A stretch of DNA of 62,723 nt from a virus. Under the pieces are notes generated by a model that made no database searches, was not told the DNA's origin, and saw only the letters and a list, made by a program, of their open reading frames with translations. Positions 17,454 to 27,102 of this stretch are shown one piece after another. The translations under genes and the position numbers were made by a program. Each line of letters begins with the position of its first letter. The stretch's first letter is position 1. Location of the stretch: positions 128,001-190,723 of IMG/VR virus record IMGVR_UViG_3300028920_000026; one strand, written 5' to 3'.

Positions 17454-17828
17454 GATCCTGACGTTAGTTGTTGTAATTCATCATTTACGTAGACCTACAT
17501 ACGTCCACTATCAATCTCTTGACGACCGTAAGTGTTTCGTGCTAGTTCCCTCGCTGCATTGCGTTCCTTGATAAAACGAGCGCTAACATACATCAGGCAT
17601 GGAAACCTTGCCTTGTCTATTGATGACGTGTTGCGCATTGTTCTATAACGTTAGCACTAAAATAAGAACATCGATGAATTCCTTGAGAATCATGTTCAAG
17701 CTGTTTCTGGCGGTACCAGTCGGCCTTGTCAAATTTCCCAATGGACCTTAAAAAGAGTTCGTGTTTTTCGAGCACTGAGATTGTTGACATTAAATGATCT
17801 CTTGAGCGTTCAAATGGGTAGAGATTCC

Positions 17829-18215
17829 TTATGAACGTTTCTTGATTACTGCAACAATTTCCGCGAGTACTGGCGTTCCATGCAGGAGGACACCACACAG
17901 GGCGAGCTCTGACGTGGGCATGTCATCATGTTTCACACGTTCAGTAAAGATGTTCGGATTGAGCTCATCTCTTCCATTGATGGAAACCATATCATAGTAT
18001 GCCTGCGCGACAAAGTTGATGCCCTTGTCTGTGATGCCGTTCTTCAGTGTTGGAATCATCAGGACTATCTCTTGAAGCGCAAGAAAGATGTCCTGATAGA
18101 TCAGTGTACAGCTTTCCTTGTCGGATGGGTCATGACCCCGATGCTTTTGTAACTTTGCCTCAATCGCCCTCTTGACGGCGTCTTCAATCTGCTTATGTGT
18201 GATCTGCGTTCCCAC
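17829..18215 (-). CDS. Hypothetical protein (128 aa)
   Basis: ORF within the glycosyltransferase cluster. Confidence 0.3.
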   Translation of the reverse strand: MGTQITHKQIEDAVKRAIEAKLQKHRGHDPSDKESCTLIYQDIFLALQEIVLMIPTLKNGITDKGINFVAQAYYDMVSINGRDELNPNIFTERVKHDDMPTSELALCGVLLHGTPVLAEIVAVIKKRS

Positions 18216-19203
18216 TTGTCACCGCCTTTATGAATTCACAGTATCGTTCGATGCACGTTTGCCAATCGATGAGCGTGTCCTTGCTTGGAACGGTCCATGA
18301 ACCAGCAGTGAGCTTTTCAACTAGTTCTTCAAACGAATCATACAACAAACACTCATCATTGCCAACAAATTCCGGCCCAGCGCCTCCGTCTCGACGGACG
18401 AATGTAGGCATGTCGCATGCAATCGCCTCTAGAACGTGGTTCGGTCCTGGTTCTGCACGTGACGCAGAGACGTACACATCATACCTACCGAGCTCGTTAC
18501 CAAGGGCTTTTCCATAAAGCGGCTTGATGACCTTTGTATTCTTGAACGTACCTCGATCTCGTCCGATGTAGGTGAATGTGAAGCCTGGATTCTGTCCGAT
18601 CCACTCATCAAGTTGATTGTAGATGTCAAAACCCTTCAATTCATGGTTCGACCAATGATGGGTTACGATGTTGTTTTTATCATTGTCGATCGCGTCTTGG
18701 CATCGAAAGACATCGCGGTCCACGCCATTCCTGACGACGGTCGTTTGCTTGCACGCCCACCCGTCGTTCCTTGTGAAGTAGTCTTTGATGTACTCGCTTA
18801 CAAAGATCGTTCCGTCGATGTACCTGCTTGCAGTACGCCAGTTTGCATCAACGTGGTTTGTTCCCTTTCTTGCATCGTTCTCGTTGACACGAAGAAACAG
18901 CGGAACATTGATTCCGAACTGTGACTGGAACATCTTGTACTGCACGAGCTGCTGCAGCCCAGCACCAAGCGTCTGCTGATCAGTCTCCAGCCCGATCAAG
19001 AGCGCGGCGTCAGGTGCAGTGTTGTGATCCTGTGGACTGATGATCTCAACGTCAAACTTTTCGGCGTATTTGAAAAGGGCCTTGACAAACATGTTTCCGC
19101 CGCCCCACGGCCCTCGAACAGGCGCTCTATTCACGTAGAGTTTCATTGTCATGCGTCTTTGTTGTCCATTGATGTCACAAGCTTGGTGTAATATTCCTGC
19201 CAC
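18193..19203 (-). CDS. Glycosyltransferase (GT4-like)
   Basis: EPGPNHVLEAIACDMPTFVRRDGGAGPEFVG is an E-x7-E-like donor-binding motif. Confidence 0.5.
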   Translation of the reverse strand: MAGILHQACDINGQQRRMTMKLYVNRAPVRGPWGGGNMFVKALFKYAEKFDVEIISPQDHNTAPDAALLIGLETDQQTLGAGLQQLVQYKMFQSQFGINVPLFLRVNENDARKGTNHVDANWRTASRYIDGTIFVSEYIKDYFTRNDGWACKQTTVVRNGVDRDVFRCQDAIDNDKNNIVTHHWSNHELKGFDIYNQLDEWIGQNPGFTFTYIGRDRGTFKNTKVIKPLYGKALGNELGRYDVYVSASRAEPGPNHVLEAIACDMPTFVRRDGGAGPEFVGNDECLLYDSFEELVEKLTAGSWTVPSKDTLIDWQTCIERYCEFIKAVTSGNADHT

Positions 19204-19206
19204 TTG

Positions 19207-19485
19207 CTAATCGTCGTTCCTTGCCATGTCACGCATCGTGTTTAGAGATTCCTCGCCATCGATCCAGACGAGTGCCTGGACGAATCCTAACCATCTCATT
19301 GCCTTTTCGATGTGATCCTCTGCAACGAATTCAACGATCCTGTCACACATCCACGCCGCATGCGGGTAGACCTCGTCGGGATCTGGATGTCCGACCTCGT
19401 CGTACGATTCAACAGGCATCTGCTGAGGGTTTGGAAGGAGTGTCTTATAGTGAGCAGCTAGCTCGAGAACCTTTTCTTTTGTCAT
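19207..19485 (-). CDS. Hypothetical protein (92 aa)
   Basis: Small ORF coupled between two glycosyltransferase genes. Confidence 0.3.
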   Translation of the reverse strand: MTKEKVLELAAHYKTLLPNPQQMPVESYDEVGHPDPDEVYPHAAWMCDRIVEFVAEDHIEKAMRWLGFVQALVWIDGEESLNTMRDMARNDD

Positions 19486-20243
19486 ATTACGTATCCTCTG
19501 CGACGAAGGAATTGAGCCTCGTCGCGTTGGAACCTTGCATCATCTGTTTGGTACGTTTCCGGTACATCTTCGATGGTATAGTGGTACATCACACGTGGTA
19601 GAAATACGCGCTTGCCGGCATTTCTTAACACTGGCAAGTAGATCGCTTGGTCACCCGCACGCTGAATGTATTCTCCATCCTCACCGCGAAAGTTTTCGTC
19701 ACATACATCGTTGAGCAAACGCTTTTTGAACGTCTTTAGGTGGCTTGTGACCCAAGGATGTACGTATGGATCTGCATCGTCAGGAAGCGGTCCACTGATA
19801 TTCTTGTCACTGTAACCCCACCTGTGTGCTGTCCACAACGCATTGCACTTAGTATCATTGTACGCTTCATTGATGATGTGCAATGCGTCGAGGTCGACCA
19901 ACCAATCGTCTGCGTCGATGCGACAGACGATGTCCTCATCGCAGCACGCTTCGTTTATTCCGTAAATGACATTTGCAACTTCCCACTTCTTTTCGCTGTT
20001 CCACTTCACTTTTAAGTGTCGACAACCTTGATCACGTAGCGATCTGAACCTCGTGATGACTCGAGCCTCCTCCTCGCGTTCGTTAGGACTCGAAAGATCA
20101 TCTATGAGATAGAGCATCCACTTTGAATAAGACTGCCCGTACAGCGAATGTAGTAGCCTAGGAAGCGTCGCACTAGCATTGTACATCGGCGCGATGAAGA
20201 CGAATCTATTCTCACGTCGTGTGATGTCTGTGAAGTTTACCAT
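19482..20243 (-). CDS. Glycosyltransferase family 2 (GT-A fold)
   Basis: FIAPMYNASATLPRLLHSL...LIDDLSSP matches the GT2 N-terminal pattern, and RIDADDW is the DXD motif. ATGA coupling links it to the upstream gene. Confidence 0.6.
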   Translation of the reverse strand: MVNFTDITRRENRFVFIAPMYNASATLPRLLHSLYGQSYSKWMLYLIDDLSSPNEREEEARVITRFRSLRDQGCRHLKVKWNSEKKWEVANVIYGINEACCDEDIVCRIDADDWLVDLDALHIINEAYNDTKCNALWTAHRWGYSDKNISGPLPDDADPYVHPWVTSHLKTFKKRLLNDVCDENFRGEDGEYIQRAGDQAIYLPVLRNAGKRVFLPRVMYHYTIEDVPETYQTDDARFQRDEAQFLRRRGYVI

Positions 20244-20938
20244 GGCATCTCGAGGTCAGATGATTGTACGACGAACTGTCCATAGTTGACTGTCTTATCA
20301 ATCCTGTCGTCAGGATATAGCTGTCTGTCCATGACAACGAGTTCGGCATCGAGTCCGGACTGTGCGACAGCCCTACGAACATCTTCACTGTTGTGATCAT
20401 CGATGATTATGAACTTAGCCCAGCGATTCTTTACAAGTTCAATGTCAGCGCTGATGCCATTGAATGATGAATCTCCATCAACAATCACGATATCAAACTT
20501 TTCAGGTTCCTTGAGTTCATGTGTAAGCACAGCATCGCTGGTACCGCGAAAGAACTTGATGAGCTTGAACCAGTCACCTGGAAACGTTTTCGTCATCATG
20601 TCGCAGTATTCTTTTGTGATCTGTGGATCGATCGTACAGATCGATCCATCGTAACCTGCGTCCGACATTGCTCGAGCTGCGCACAGAGTCGAATATCCAC
20701 GACCGGTTCCGATTTCAAGCACACTCTTGCACTCAAACTGCCTGATCATGTAGTAAAGAAGGATACCGCGCTCGTAGTTTGCGCGAAAGAACGCTCCGCG
20801 GGCTGCGTAGTCTGGATTATCGCGGTCTCGTTGTTGTTTCGCGGTCAGTTCACCGATGAAGTCAAAATCACCGAGGTTTACGCCGGCAAGCGTAACGTCG
20901 AACTCTACTAGCTTATCCTTGATGTTTGTCGTCTTCAT
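20237..20938 (-). CDS. Class I SAM-dependent (sugar O-) methyltransferase-like
   Basis: VLEIGTGRGYSTLCAARAM is motif I and FDIVIVDGDSS is the acidic motif. The start was trimmed to the ATG at 20936-20938, which overlaps the TGA stop of the upstream GT2 gene (ATGA). Confidence 0.55.
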   Translation of the reverse strand: MKTTNIKDKLVEFDVTLAGVNLGDFDFIGELTAKQQRDRDNPDYAARGAFFRANYERGILLYYMIRQFECKSVLEIGTGRGYSTLCAARAMSDAGYDGSICTIDPQITKEYCDMMTKTFPGDWFKLIKFFRGTSDAVLTHELKEPEKFDIVIVDGDSSFNGISADIELVKNRWAKFIIIDDHNSEDVRRAVAQSGLDAELVVMDRQLYPDDRIDKTVNYGQFVVQSSDLEMPW

Positions 20939-21876
20939 TCGTCTATCTCCGAAACAGGTCCCTCGACCATGACCTTGCTCTGTGGGTACTTTAGCGGGTC
21001 TCCAGAACTGTCGAGAGGAAGTTCCCAACCCGCTGGAAACGCGACCATTCCGAACGACACAGGGTGCGAAAGCTGCATCAACAGATCCCATGTGTCGTTT
21101 ACGAGTGGATTGTAAACAAGGCGTTCGCCATTTACAGCACCCTGGTAGTACCCGTAGCGCTTGCCGCCTCTCATGAATGCGTATCCACCTCGAGGATCGT
21201 TCCAGATCGGGAGGAAGATAGGAACATGGTGTGTTGCTGAGATTGGTGTATGTTCGTTGTGATAGTCGATCTGTTTTTTGACAGCCTGGTCGTACCAATC
21301 CTCAGAACGTCCCCAGTACTCCTGCGTCTGGGGCCAGTTTGTCGGGTATGGTCCGAGTTCATCGAACACGTTTGTCTTGAAGAACCCCATCGTGTGGAAG
21401 TGGTCGTCGGTGTACCTCCAGAACCTGTGTCCTGCGAACGATGCTTCGTCCTTGACAACCTTTGATTTGAGCGTTGAACACCTGACTCCGTTCGCAGTCA
21501 AACACATGTATGGGCTCTGTCGGAGCGCCTTGGCATACTGTTCGATCGCACCAGTGGGTCCGATGTACTGTAGGTCGTCCTGCAAGAACAGAATGATGTC
21601 GTGTTTTGCACGTTCGATGATGATGTTCTTTGCGATGTATTCGTCGTTCGTCCAGTTCGATTCACCGTACGCACCGCGAACGATTGCCTCATTAATCCAC
21701 ACACGTTTACATTCATATATGTGTTTGTGTAGGACTTGGTGAACCAGCTGTTCTGTTGAGCAGTTGTCGACGATGACGACCTGATGCATTCCACAAATTA
21801 CTTCGTCGCGAAGCGATTCAAGCAGGACGTCTAAGTACTTGCCCCTGTTGAAGCTCGTGATGCCGATCGTGATCAT
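20935..21876 (-). CDS. Glycosyltransferase family 2-like
   Basis: MITIGITSFNRGKYLDVLLESL is a GT2-type N-terminus, and VDNCS is an acidic motif. The start was trimmed to the ATG at 21874-21876, which overlaps the stop of the upstream GT. Confidence 0.5.
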   Translation of the reverse strand: MITIGITSFNRGKYLDVLLESLRDEVICGMHQVVIVDNCSTEQLVHQVLHKHIYECKRVWINEAIVRGAYGESNWTNDEYIAKNIIIERAKHDIILFLQDDLQYIGPTGAIEQYAKALRQSPYMCLTANGVRCSTLKSKVVKDEASFAGHRFWRYTDDHFHTMGFFKTNVFDELGPYPTNWPQTQEYWGRSEDWYDQAVKKQIDYHNEHTPISATHHVPIFLPIWNDPRGGYAFMRGGKRYGYYQGAVNGERLVYNPLVNDTWDLLMQLSHPVSFGMVAFPAGWELPLDSSGDPLKYPQSKVMVEGPVSEIDE

Positions 21877-23819
21877 CTCATGAGTTCCGGTTGGCTCATC
21901 TCTATCTTGATGTGAGGTAGGCACTGACCTTCCCACTTTCTATGGAAGATCCACCCACCAGTCTCTGTGGCGAGTGCCTTTGCCTTTTTAGCAATCATCT
22001 CGTCAGTCACTTCTGACCACGGAACGTCAAAGAAGTTGTTGTTTTCTGCAGTGTCTTCAACCGATTTGTTGAAAAGCGCGTTCCAGTGGTTCTGCCAATA
22101 GTCACGGTACAGCTTGATCTTGCGTTCGATGTCGTACCAGCTGTAGTGGAACACGCCAGGGAGATCTTGCAGGATCTTGTTTAGAAGGCCTTCGTACTGA
22201 CCTTTTGCGGTTGGATCACTGAAAAGTACAGCTCTTCGCAACTTCTCGAAGTCTTGGGTCCAAAAGTTTAGGTGTGGAATCGGATCGCCTGTTTCTGTAT
22301 GGATCATATCGCATCCGTCGGTTCCTTCAAGGGCATACAACTCGCCGCTATCGTCATACATTCGAAGTTGCTTTGGAATTCCGTGCGTGATGTACGGTTT
22401 GTTTCGTGAAAGGCGCCACTTCCACGGTGTCGCATCAACACGTACCTTGTCAGACCCACCCCAATACTCGACAACAGGTAGACACACGATATCAATGCCC
22501 TTCGTGATCGACCTGCATAGCTCCTTGACCTTCGACGCATGAGATTCGTGTACGACCTCATCGCTGTCCTGCTGCCAACAGAACTCTTGTGTACACATCT
22601 TTCGTGCCTCTGCCTTCTGCACGCCGTCAAAGACCGCGTGGCGAGGATGAGACCAATCACGTTTGATTTGCTTGACATTTACCCTATTGATGATGTTCCC
22701 ATCATTCTGATGAACATGTTCTGCTGCAATGCGCAATAATACTTCCCACGTTCCGTCAGTCGATCCACCGTCAACAACACAGACTTCGTCACAGAACTGA
22801 AGCATTGACCTGATCGATTGCTCGAACGGATATTCTTGGGAAACACAGTTGTATGTTGTCGTGTAACCGGAGATTGTGGGCTCGTACTCGATGAACGCCT
22901 TGATGCAGTTCCAAAACACCCCACGAGCTGCATAGAGGTATTGCTCGATTGACTCAATGTCGTCGGTTGCAAACCATTCTTCGTCCTTGTGTTGAACGTT
23001 TGAATTAAGTTCAAGTTCGCAGCCAAGAAGTTTGGCTTCAATAACCATCCTGGGACACGTGTCGCCTCCTTCAGGGAGGTAGACGAATCCCTTTGCGGTT
23101 GCGAGTTTCTCGAGTACTTCGTTATATGGAACATTCCACAGCTGTTCGTGTTCGTATCCTTTTTTAAGACAGAAATCCCTGGCTGCCTTGGCAGCCTTGA
23201 TCCAACTGGGAGAATTGAGGGTGATCCACTTCTTTCGCTCTTTTCCTGAATGCTTCTCGCGAAGCAGCTTGATGCTCGCGAACGTTGCATCGTCGAAGAC
23301 AGAACTGAGGACTACGTTGTCCTTTTCTTCGAGGAATGGGAAGCGATCGTGATATCGCTTCATCTGGGTTTCAGACATCCAAAAAATTCCCATTGCACCG
23401 TAGTAGAATGCAGATGTCATCTTTCCATGCATCTGGTTTGCGCAGTCGCACGGTACGCCTTCCTGGTGCATATGAAGCTCAGTTGACCTGAACCGACAGA
23501 ACTTGTAGTCGTACTCAAGCACGGCGTACTGCATGTTCCCGACGATGGATGGGATCAACCTGATGTCCATCTGTGTCCAGTTACCGAATATCCAGAACCT
23601 GTCGTGTCCCTTTTGCAGAAGTTCGATCGTGACGTCCTTTGATTTGACTCTAAACACTTTGAACGGGCTGGAGTCTATGAGTGCTTGTGTCGTGAGTTCA
23701 GCTCCACCGACGTATTCATCAACGAACATGTCTGCAACAAAGATGATCTGGACATCGGGTGGGATCTCGTTCTTTGGAGGTTCAGGTACGGCAAATGGGC
23801 TTTCAAATGGTGTGAACAT
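21873..23819 (-). CDS. Large multidomain glycosyltransferase (contains a GT2/GT-A domain)
   Basis: 648 aa. FCDEVCVVDGGSTDGTWEVLLRIAAE is the GT2 (D)DGSTDGT signature. Additional N-terminal domains are uncharacterised. Confidence 0.55.
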   Translation of the reverse strand: MFTPFESPFAVPEPPKNEIPPDVQIIFVADMFVDEYVGGAELTTQALIDSSPFKVFRVKSKDVTIELLQKGHDRFWIFGNWTQMDIRLIPSIVGNMQYAVLEYDYKFCRFRSTELHMHQEGVPCDCANQMHGKMTSAFYYGAMGIFWMSETQMKRYHDRFPFLEEKDNVVLSSVFDDATFASIKLLREKHSGKERKKWITLNSPSWIKAAKAARDFCLKKGYEHEQLWNVPYNEVLEKLATAKGFVYLPEGGDTCPRMVIEAKLLGCELELNSNVQHKDEEWFATDDIESIEQYLYAARGVFWNCIKAFIEYEPTISGYTTTYNCVSQEYPFEQSIRSMLQFCDEVCVVDGGSTDGTWEVLLRIAAEHVHQNDGNIINRVNVKQIKRDWSHPRHAVFDGVQKAEARKMCTQEFCWQQDSDEVVHESHASKVKELCRSITKGIDIVCLPVVEYWGGSDKVRVDATPWKWRLSRNKPYITHGIPKQLRMYDDSGELYALEGTDGCDMIHTETGDPIPHLNFWTQDFEKLRRAVLFSDPTAKGQYEGLLNKILQDLPGVFHYSWYDIERKIKLYRDYWQNHWNALFNKSVEDTAENNNFFDVPWSEVTDEMIAKKAKALATETGGWIFHRKWEGQCLPHIKIEMSQPELMR

Positions 23820-23963
23820 GCTGTCATGATTCTAGCGCATCAATTCTGGATGTTCAAAGAAATTTTGTTTGTCAAAACGCCACGTGCGGTAGTAAGATCT
23901 TCTTTTAGTAGATCAGATCTAGAAATCAAATTTCAGCAGTCAGAAAGAATAGAAAGAACAGAA
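23820..23963. promoter_or_regulatory. AT-rich divergent intergenic control region at the minus/plus strand switch
   Basis: About 145 bp of non-coding DNA sits between the start of the minus-strand GT gene (23819) and the plus-strand chaperonin gene (23964). AT-rich runs are present (aaattttgtttgtcaaaa; agaaagaatagaaagaacagaa). Confidence 0.35.
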
Positions 23964-25178
23964 ATGAGAAATAAAAATGGCGCGACAGCGCGCGTGTGTG
24001 TACATGAAGACCTCGCGGTGCTGAAGAAAAGGGTCACAGCTGACCTCGCCAAGTTCGTACAGTCTGGCCTCGTACTTTCGCTTGGAAGGATAGTCGCGCC
24101 AGAAAGTGCATTGTTGGACTTCAAAAACGTTGATGACTTTGGACGACGTCTTATTGAATTTATCGAAACAGCCGCGGTCGAAGCAGAGCGGTACAGTCCT
24201 GGAGCGTTTGCAAGGGTCATCGCTTCTGTCAACAACAAAGCGAGCGTCGACGAGTGGCAAGCGGCGCTCGACAACGGTGCTGATCGTCCAACAGACAAGG
24301 ACATTGATTGGCTCATTGATGAATTCGGAGAAGGCACACCGAAAGACGCGCTACGTGAGGTCATCGATCTCGTTGGGTTCGGAGGACGCGTCTGCGTAGA
24401 ACAAGCAAACGGTCAGGACGTCATTGTCGAACAAGGTAATGGCTTTACGTTTCCTGTCGGTACGCACGACATATTCGTCGGAAGGTACAGGAACCCGCGA
24501 GTGTTCGTTGTCGACGGGTACATTGAAAGCGTTGCTGAGGTGACAACGTTGCTCGAGCAGTCACACGCATCGAAGGAATATCTCGTTATCTTTCACCGTG
24601 GGATGCACGCCGACGTTACAAACACACTCGCAGTAAATTGGAGGAGAGGTACGCTGCGATGCATCCCAGTTCATGTACCTTTCGACGTAGAAGGGATCAA
24701 CACTCTGAATGATATAGCAGTCGCTTGTGACTCCGATGTTACGTCTTCGAACAAGGGAGAGCTGATCAGTACCGTCGATTATGCGTCGCTTGTTTACGTT
24801 GAAGAGATCATTGCTTGGTCAAACAAGCTTTCAATCATGAACGACTCAAACGTTTCTCGTGTTGCTGCTCATGTGCAAGAGCTCAATCGCAGGCGTTGCG
24901 CCATAAACGAAGACGTCATCAAGGAATTGTACGACAAACGCATACGTTCGTTGTCGTCGAACGTCGTCACGCTAAAGCTACCCGTGTGGTCGGGCTACAG
25001 GTACACGAGGTACAGGGTCGATGAGTTCCTGAGGGCATACAGATGCCTTGTTGATCATGGAACAGTCGTCGTCAACGAGAAGAAGCACCTCGCTACAACT
25101 GCGCTTGCGATGGTACGCTACGTTCCTGTGCTCAAGAGACAGCTTGAAGAACTGGGTGCTATCATTAGCTTATCGTGA
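23964..25178 (+). CDS. GroEL-like chaperonin (divergent, about 405 aa)
   Basis: NTLAVNWRRGTLRCIPVHVPFDVEGINTLNDIAVACDSDVTS aligns with the GroEL apical-domain segment [42 protein letters not shown]. The preceding EYLVIFHRGMHADV matches GroEL PLLIIAEDVEGEAL. The start was set to the ATG at 23964. Confidence 0.45.
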   Translation: MRNKNGATARVCVHEDLAVLKKRVTADLAKFVQSGLVLSLGRIVAPESALLDFKNVDDFGRRLIEFIETAAVEAERYSPGAFARVIASVNNKASVDEWQAALDNGADRPTDKDIDWLIDEFGEGTPKDALREVIDLVGFGGRVCVEQANGQDVIVEQGNGFTFPVGTHDIFVGRYRNPRVFVVDGYIESVAEVTTLLEQSHASKEYLVIFHRGMHADVTNTLAVNWRRGTLRCIPVHVPFDVEGINTLNDIAVACDSDVTSSNKGELISTVDYASLVYVEEIIAWSNKLSIMNDSNVSRVAAHVQELNRRRCAINEDVIKELYDKRIRSLSSNVVTLKLPVWSGYRYTRYRVDEFLRAYRCLVDHGTVVVNEKKHLATTALAMVRYVPVLKRQLEELGAIISLS

Positions 25179-25953
25179 GCTTCTCGAGCTTCGCTGGATC
25201 AAGTCCTGCATCGATGAGGTGCTGAGCAAAGCTCAATTCGTCGCCTTCAGCCTTCCAGAGGAGTGCGACCTTCCTTGCAACACCCTTTAGCGCTTCTTCG
25301 CTCGCTTTACCCTTCTGGGTCTCCGCGCTGCTGTCCTCGGGAGGTTGCTCTTGCTCAAGGCTTTTTGCCACGTTCTCAAAATCAACGCGATCAAGCTCGT
25401 CTGTAATCTCGACGATCCTGTCGAATGATAGTAGTGGAACGTCAAGGACATCTTCAGGAGCGATGTCAATAACGTTTGAAAAACCTTTCATCGCTCCGGC
25501 AATAGCGGAGTAGATGCCTTGGGCGACCTTCATCGCTGCGTCTGTGATCGCCTTGCGTTCGTCGCTCCCCAGTTCTTCTTCGTCACTGCGTCTTGCGTCT
25601 GTGATTGCCGTATAGGCATCGATCAATGTACCGCCAGTGTCCATTGCTGATTTGAATGCCTCTTGGTTTTTTTCTGCGGCGGCTGAAACAGCACCGGCAA
25701 TAGCGTCCATCGCTCCGACGAGGCCACGAGCTGCGTTTAGCGCAGCGGCTACGTTTGTTCCACGTTGGATGTTGCCGACGATCTGTGCTGTGATGTTCGA
25801 TAGCTCCTCGCTGAGCGGGTCCTGAAGTTTGTCGAGTTCCTTGGAGACGGCGCTTAGGGCGGCGTTTACCTGGTTCACGTCTGCCTTCGCTTCGTTGAGC
25901 GTCCGAAGCGCTCGACGTTCAATACGACGGAATTTTAGAGTATGACGTGTCAT
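25165..25953 (-). CDS. Hypothetical coiled-coil protein (262 aa)
   Basis: Ala/Glu-rich predicted coiled coil. It is an opposite-strand gene embedded in the plus-strand block, convergent with the chaperonin gene. Confidence 0.35.
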   Translation of the reverse strand: MTRHTLKFRRIERRALRTLNEAKADVNQVNAALSAVSKELDKLQDPLSEELSNITAQIVGNIQRGTNVAAALNAARGLVGAMDAIAGAVSAAAEKNQEAFKSAMDTGGTLIDAYTAITDARRSDEEELGSDERKAITDAAMKVAQGIYSAIAGAMKGFSNVIDIAPEDVLDVPLLSFDRIVEITDELDRVDFENVAKSLEQEQPPEDSSAETQKGKASEEALKGVARKVALLWKAEGDELSFAQHLIDAGLDPAKLEKLTIS

Positions 25954-26002
25954 GACGTTTACTTACAATATCTAGGAAGTTAAGATTGCTTTCGGAGTTT
26001 CT

Positions 26003-26269
26003 ATGACTAACAATGGCAACGAAATCATCAAGAGGTTTTCTCAGGTCGCCATCACGGTGAAGGATGACACCCAACGGGCGATCGTGAACGCAGTTCGCTC
26101 GAAGAAAATCACCCTCGACGCTAAGTCGCTTCAGTTGGTTCTGCAGGTCATTGACGCAAGCATTACGACAACATGGGGCAATTCGGAACGTATCCTCAAG
26201 AAGACCATTGACGAGCAGCTCGATGTTGTGTTTGGAGATGGCTTCGCCGCAGGATCAAAAAAAAGCTGA
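26003..26269 (+). CDS. Hypothetical protein (88 aa)
   Basis: ORF only. Confidence 0.3.
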   Translation: MTNNGNEIIKRFSQVAITVKDDTQRAIVNAVRSKKITLDAKSLQLVLQVIDASITTTWGNSERILKKTIDEQLDVVFGDGFAAGSKKS

Positions 26270-26323
26270 GCAACGACCCAAAACCGAAATCACAAAAGAA
26301 GAGAAGGCCACGAACGTTCTAGC

Positions 26324-26815
26324 ATGGCTGTTTCGAGCGATCAAGAGTTTTCTATGGCGTCTGGTCACAAGCATTTAGTAAGTTGCAGGTGTTCGTTACC
26401 GCAGTTTAAGAACATGGATGACCCACCGTTTCACAAGTTTATCGTGTTCTCAGTCATAGACGATAACGAAAACATAGCATCTAGTTATGCACAGTGTAAC
26501 AATTGCGGCGTGATCCACAGGATCACAGACATCTGTAGGTCAGAGATCGTCAACAGAGAGGACCTCATGACGCTTCCAAGCATCGATGATGTCAGGCTCG
26601 GGATGAATGATCAGCTCGCGGCAACGCTTGATAGGTACAAGGCTGACCTACCGACGTGGCAGGCGGTACAGTACATTATCGACAACGAACGATGGGGTGA
26701 CTTTGTGACGTTGACGTCCGACGAACTTGAAGGTGAGCGTCAAGTGAAGTATATCCAGATCCTGGGCAGGAACATCTTCAAGATCAAGACACACACCCAA
26801 GGAGCGACAGTATGA
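26324..26815 (+). CDS. Hypothetical Cys-containing protein (163 aa)
   Basis: ORF carrying CRCS...CNNCG. It is coupled to the next ORF by an ATGA overlap. Confidence 0.35.
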   Translation: MAVSSDQEFSMASGHKHLVSCRCSLPQFKNMDDPPFHKFIVFSVIDDNENIASSYAQCNNCGVIHRITDICRSEIVNREDLMTLPSIDDVRLGMNDQLAATLDRYKADLPTWQAVQYIIDNERWGDFVTLTSDELEGERQVKYIQILGRNIFKIKTHTQGATV

Positions 26816-27102
26816 CGATAGACGAAGCAAGGATGGATGAGTTCATGACGGAACGTATGGCGTTCGAGAATACTCGGGCGCGAGGCATCGTCCGAGAGAT
26901 CCTGAACTTTGGCGTAAACGATAGGATGATCTTGATCATCATCTCGTCGCTAGCGGCGAACCTTGAGCGCGTCGAACACATGAAGATGATCACGAAGTGC
27001 GTTCGAGAGTTTGAATCGTCTGAAACATTCCTCCTTGACAAGATTGAAGAGAGCGAAAAGGTTGGTTACGTTTTAGGAGAGGACGACGAAGTTGTGGGGT
27101 AG
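26812..27102 (+). CDS. Hypothetical protein (96 aa)
   Basis: ORF translationally coupled to its neighbours. Confidence 0.3.
   Translation: MTIDEARMDEFMTERMAFENTRARGIVREILNFGVNDRMILIIISSLAANLERVEHMKMITKCVREFESSETFLLDKIEESEKVGYVLGEDDEVVG

Noticed and set aside
20939-21298. 120-codon N-terminal extension of the methyltransferase ORF (20237-21298)
   Set aside because: It overlaps the GT2-like gene in another frame with Arg/Cys-rich junk composition. An internal ATG forms an ATGA junction with the upstream stop.
23685-23963. N-terminal extension of the chaperonin ORF (track start 23685)
   Set aside because: It overlaps the 3' end of the opposite-strand GT gene and the AT-rich intergenic region. 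The ATG at 23964 is the first plausible start.
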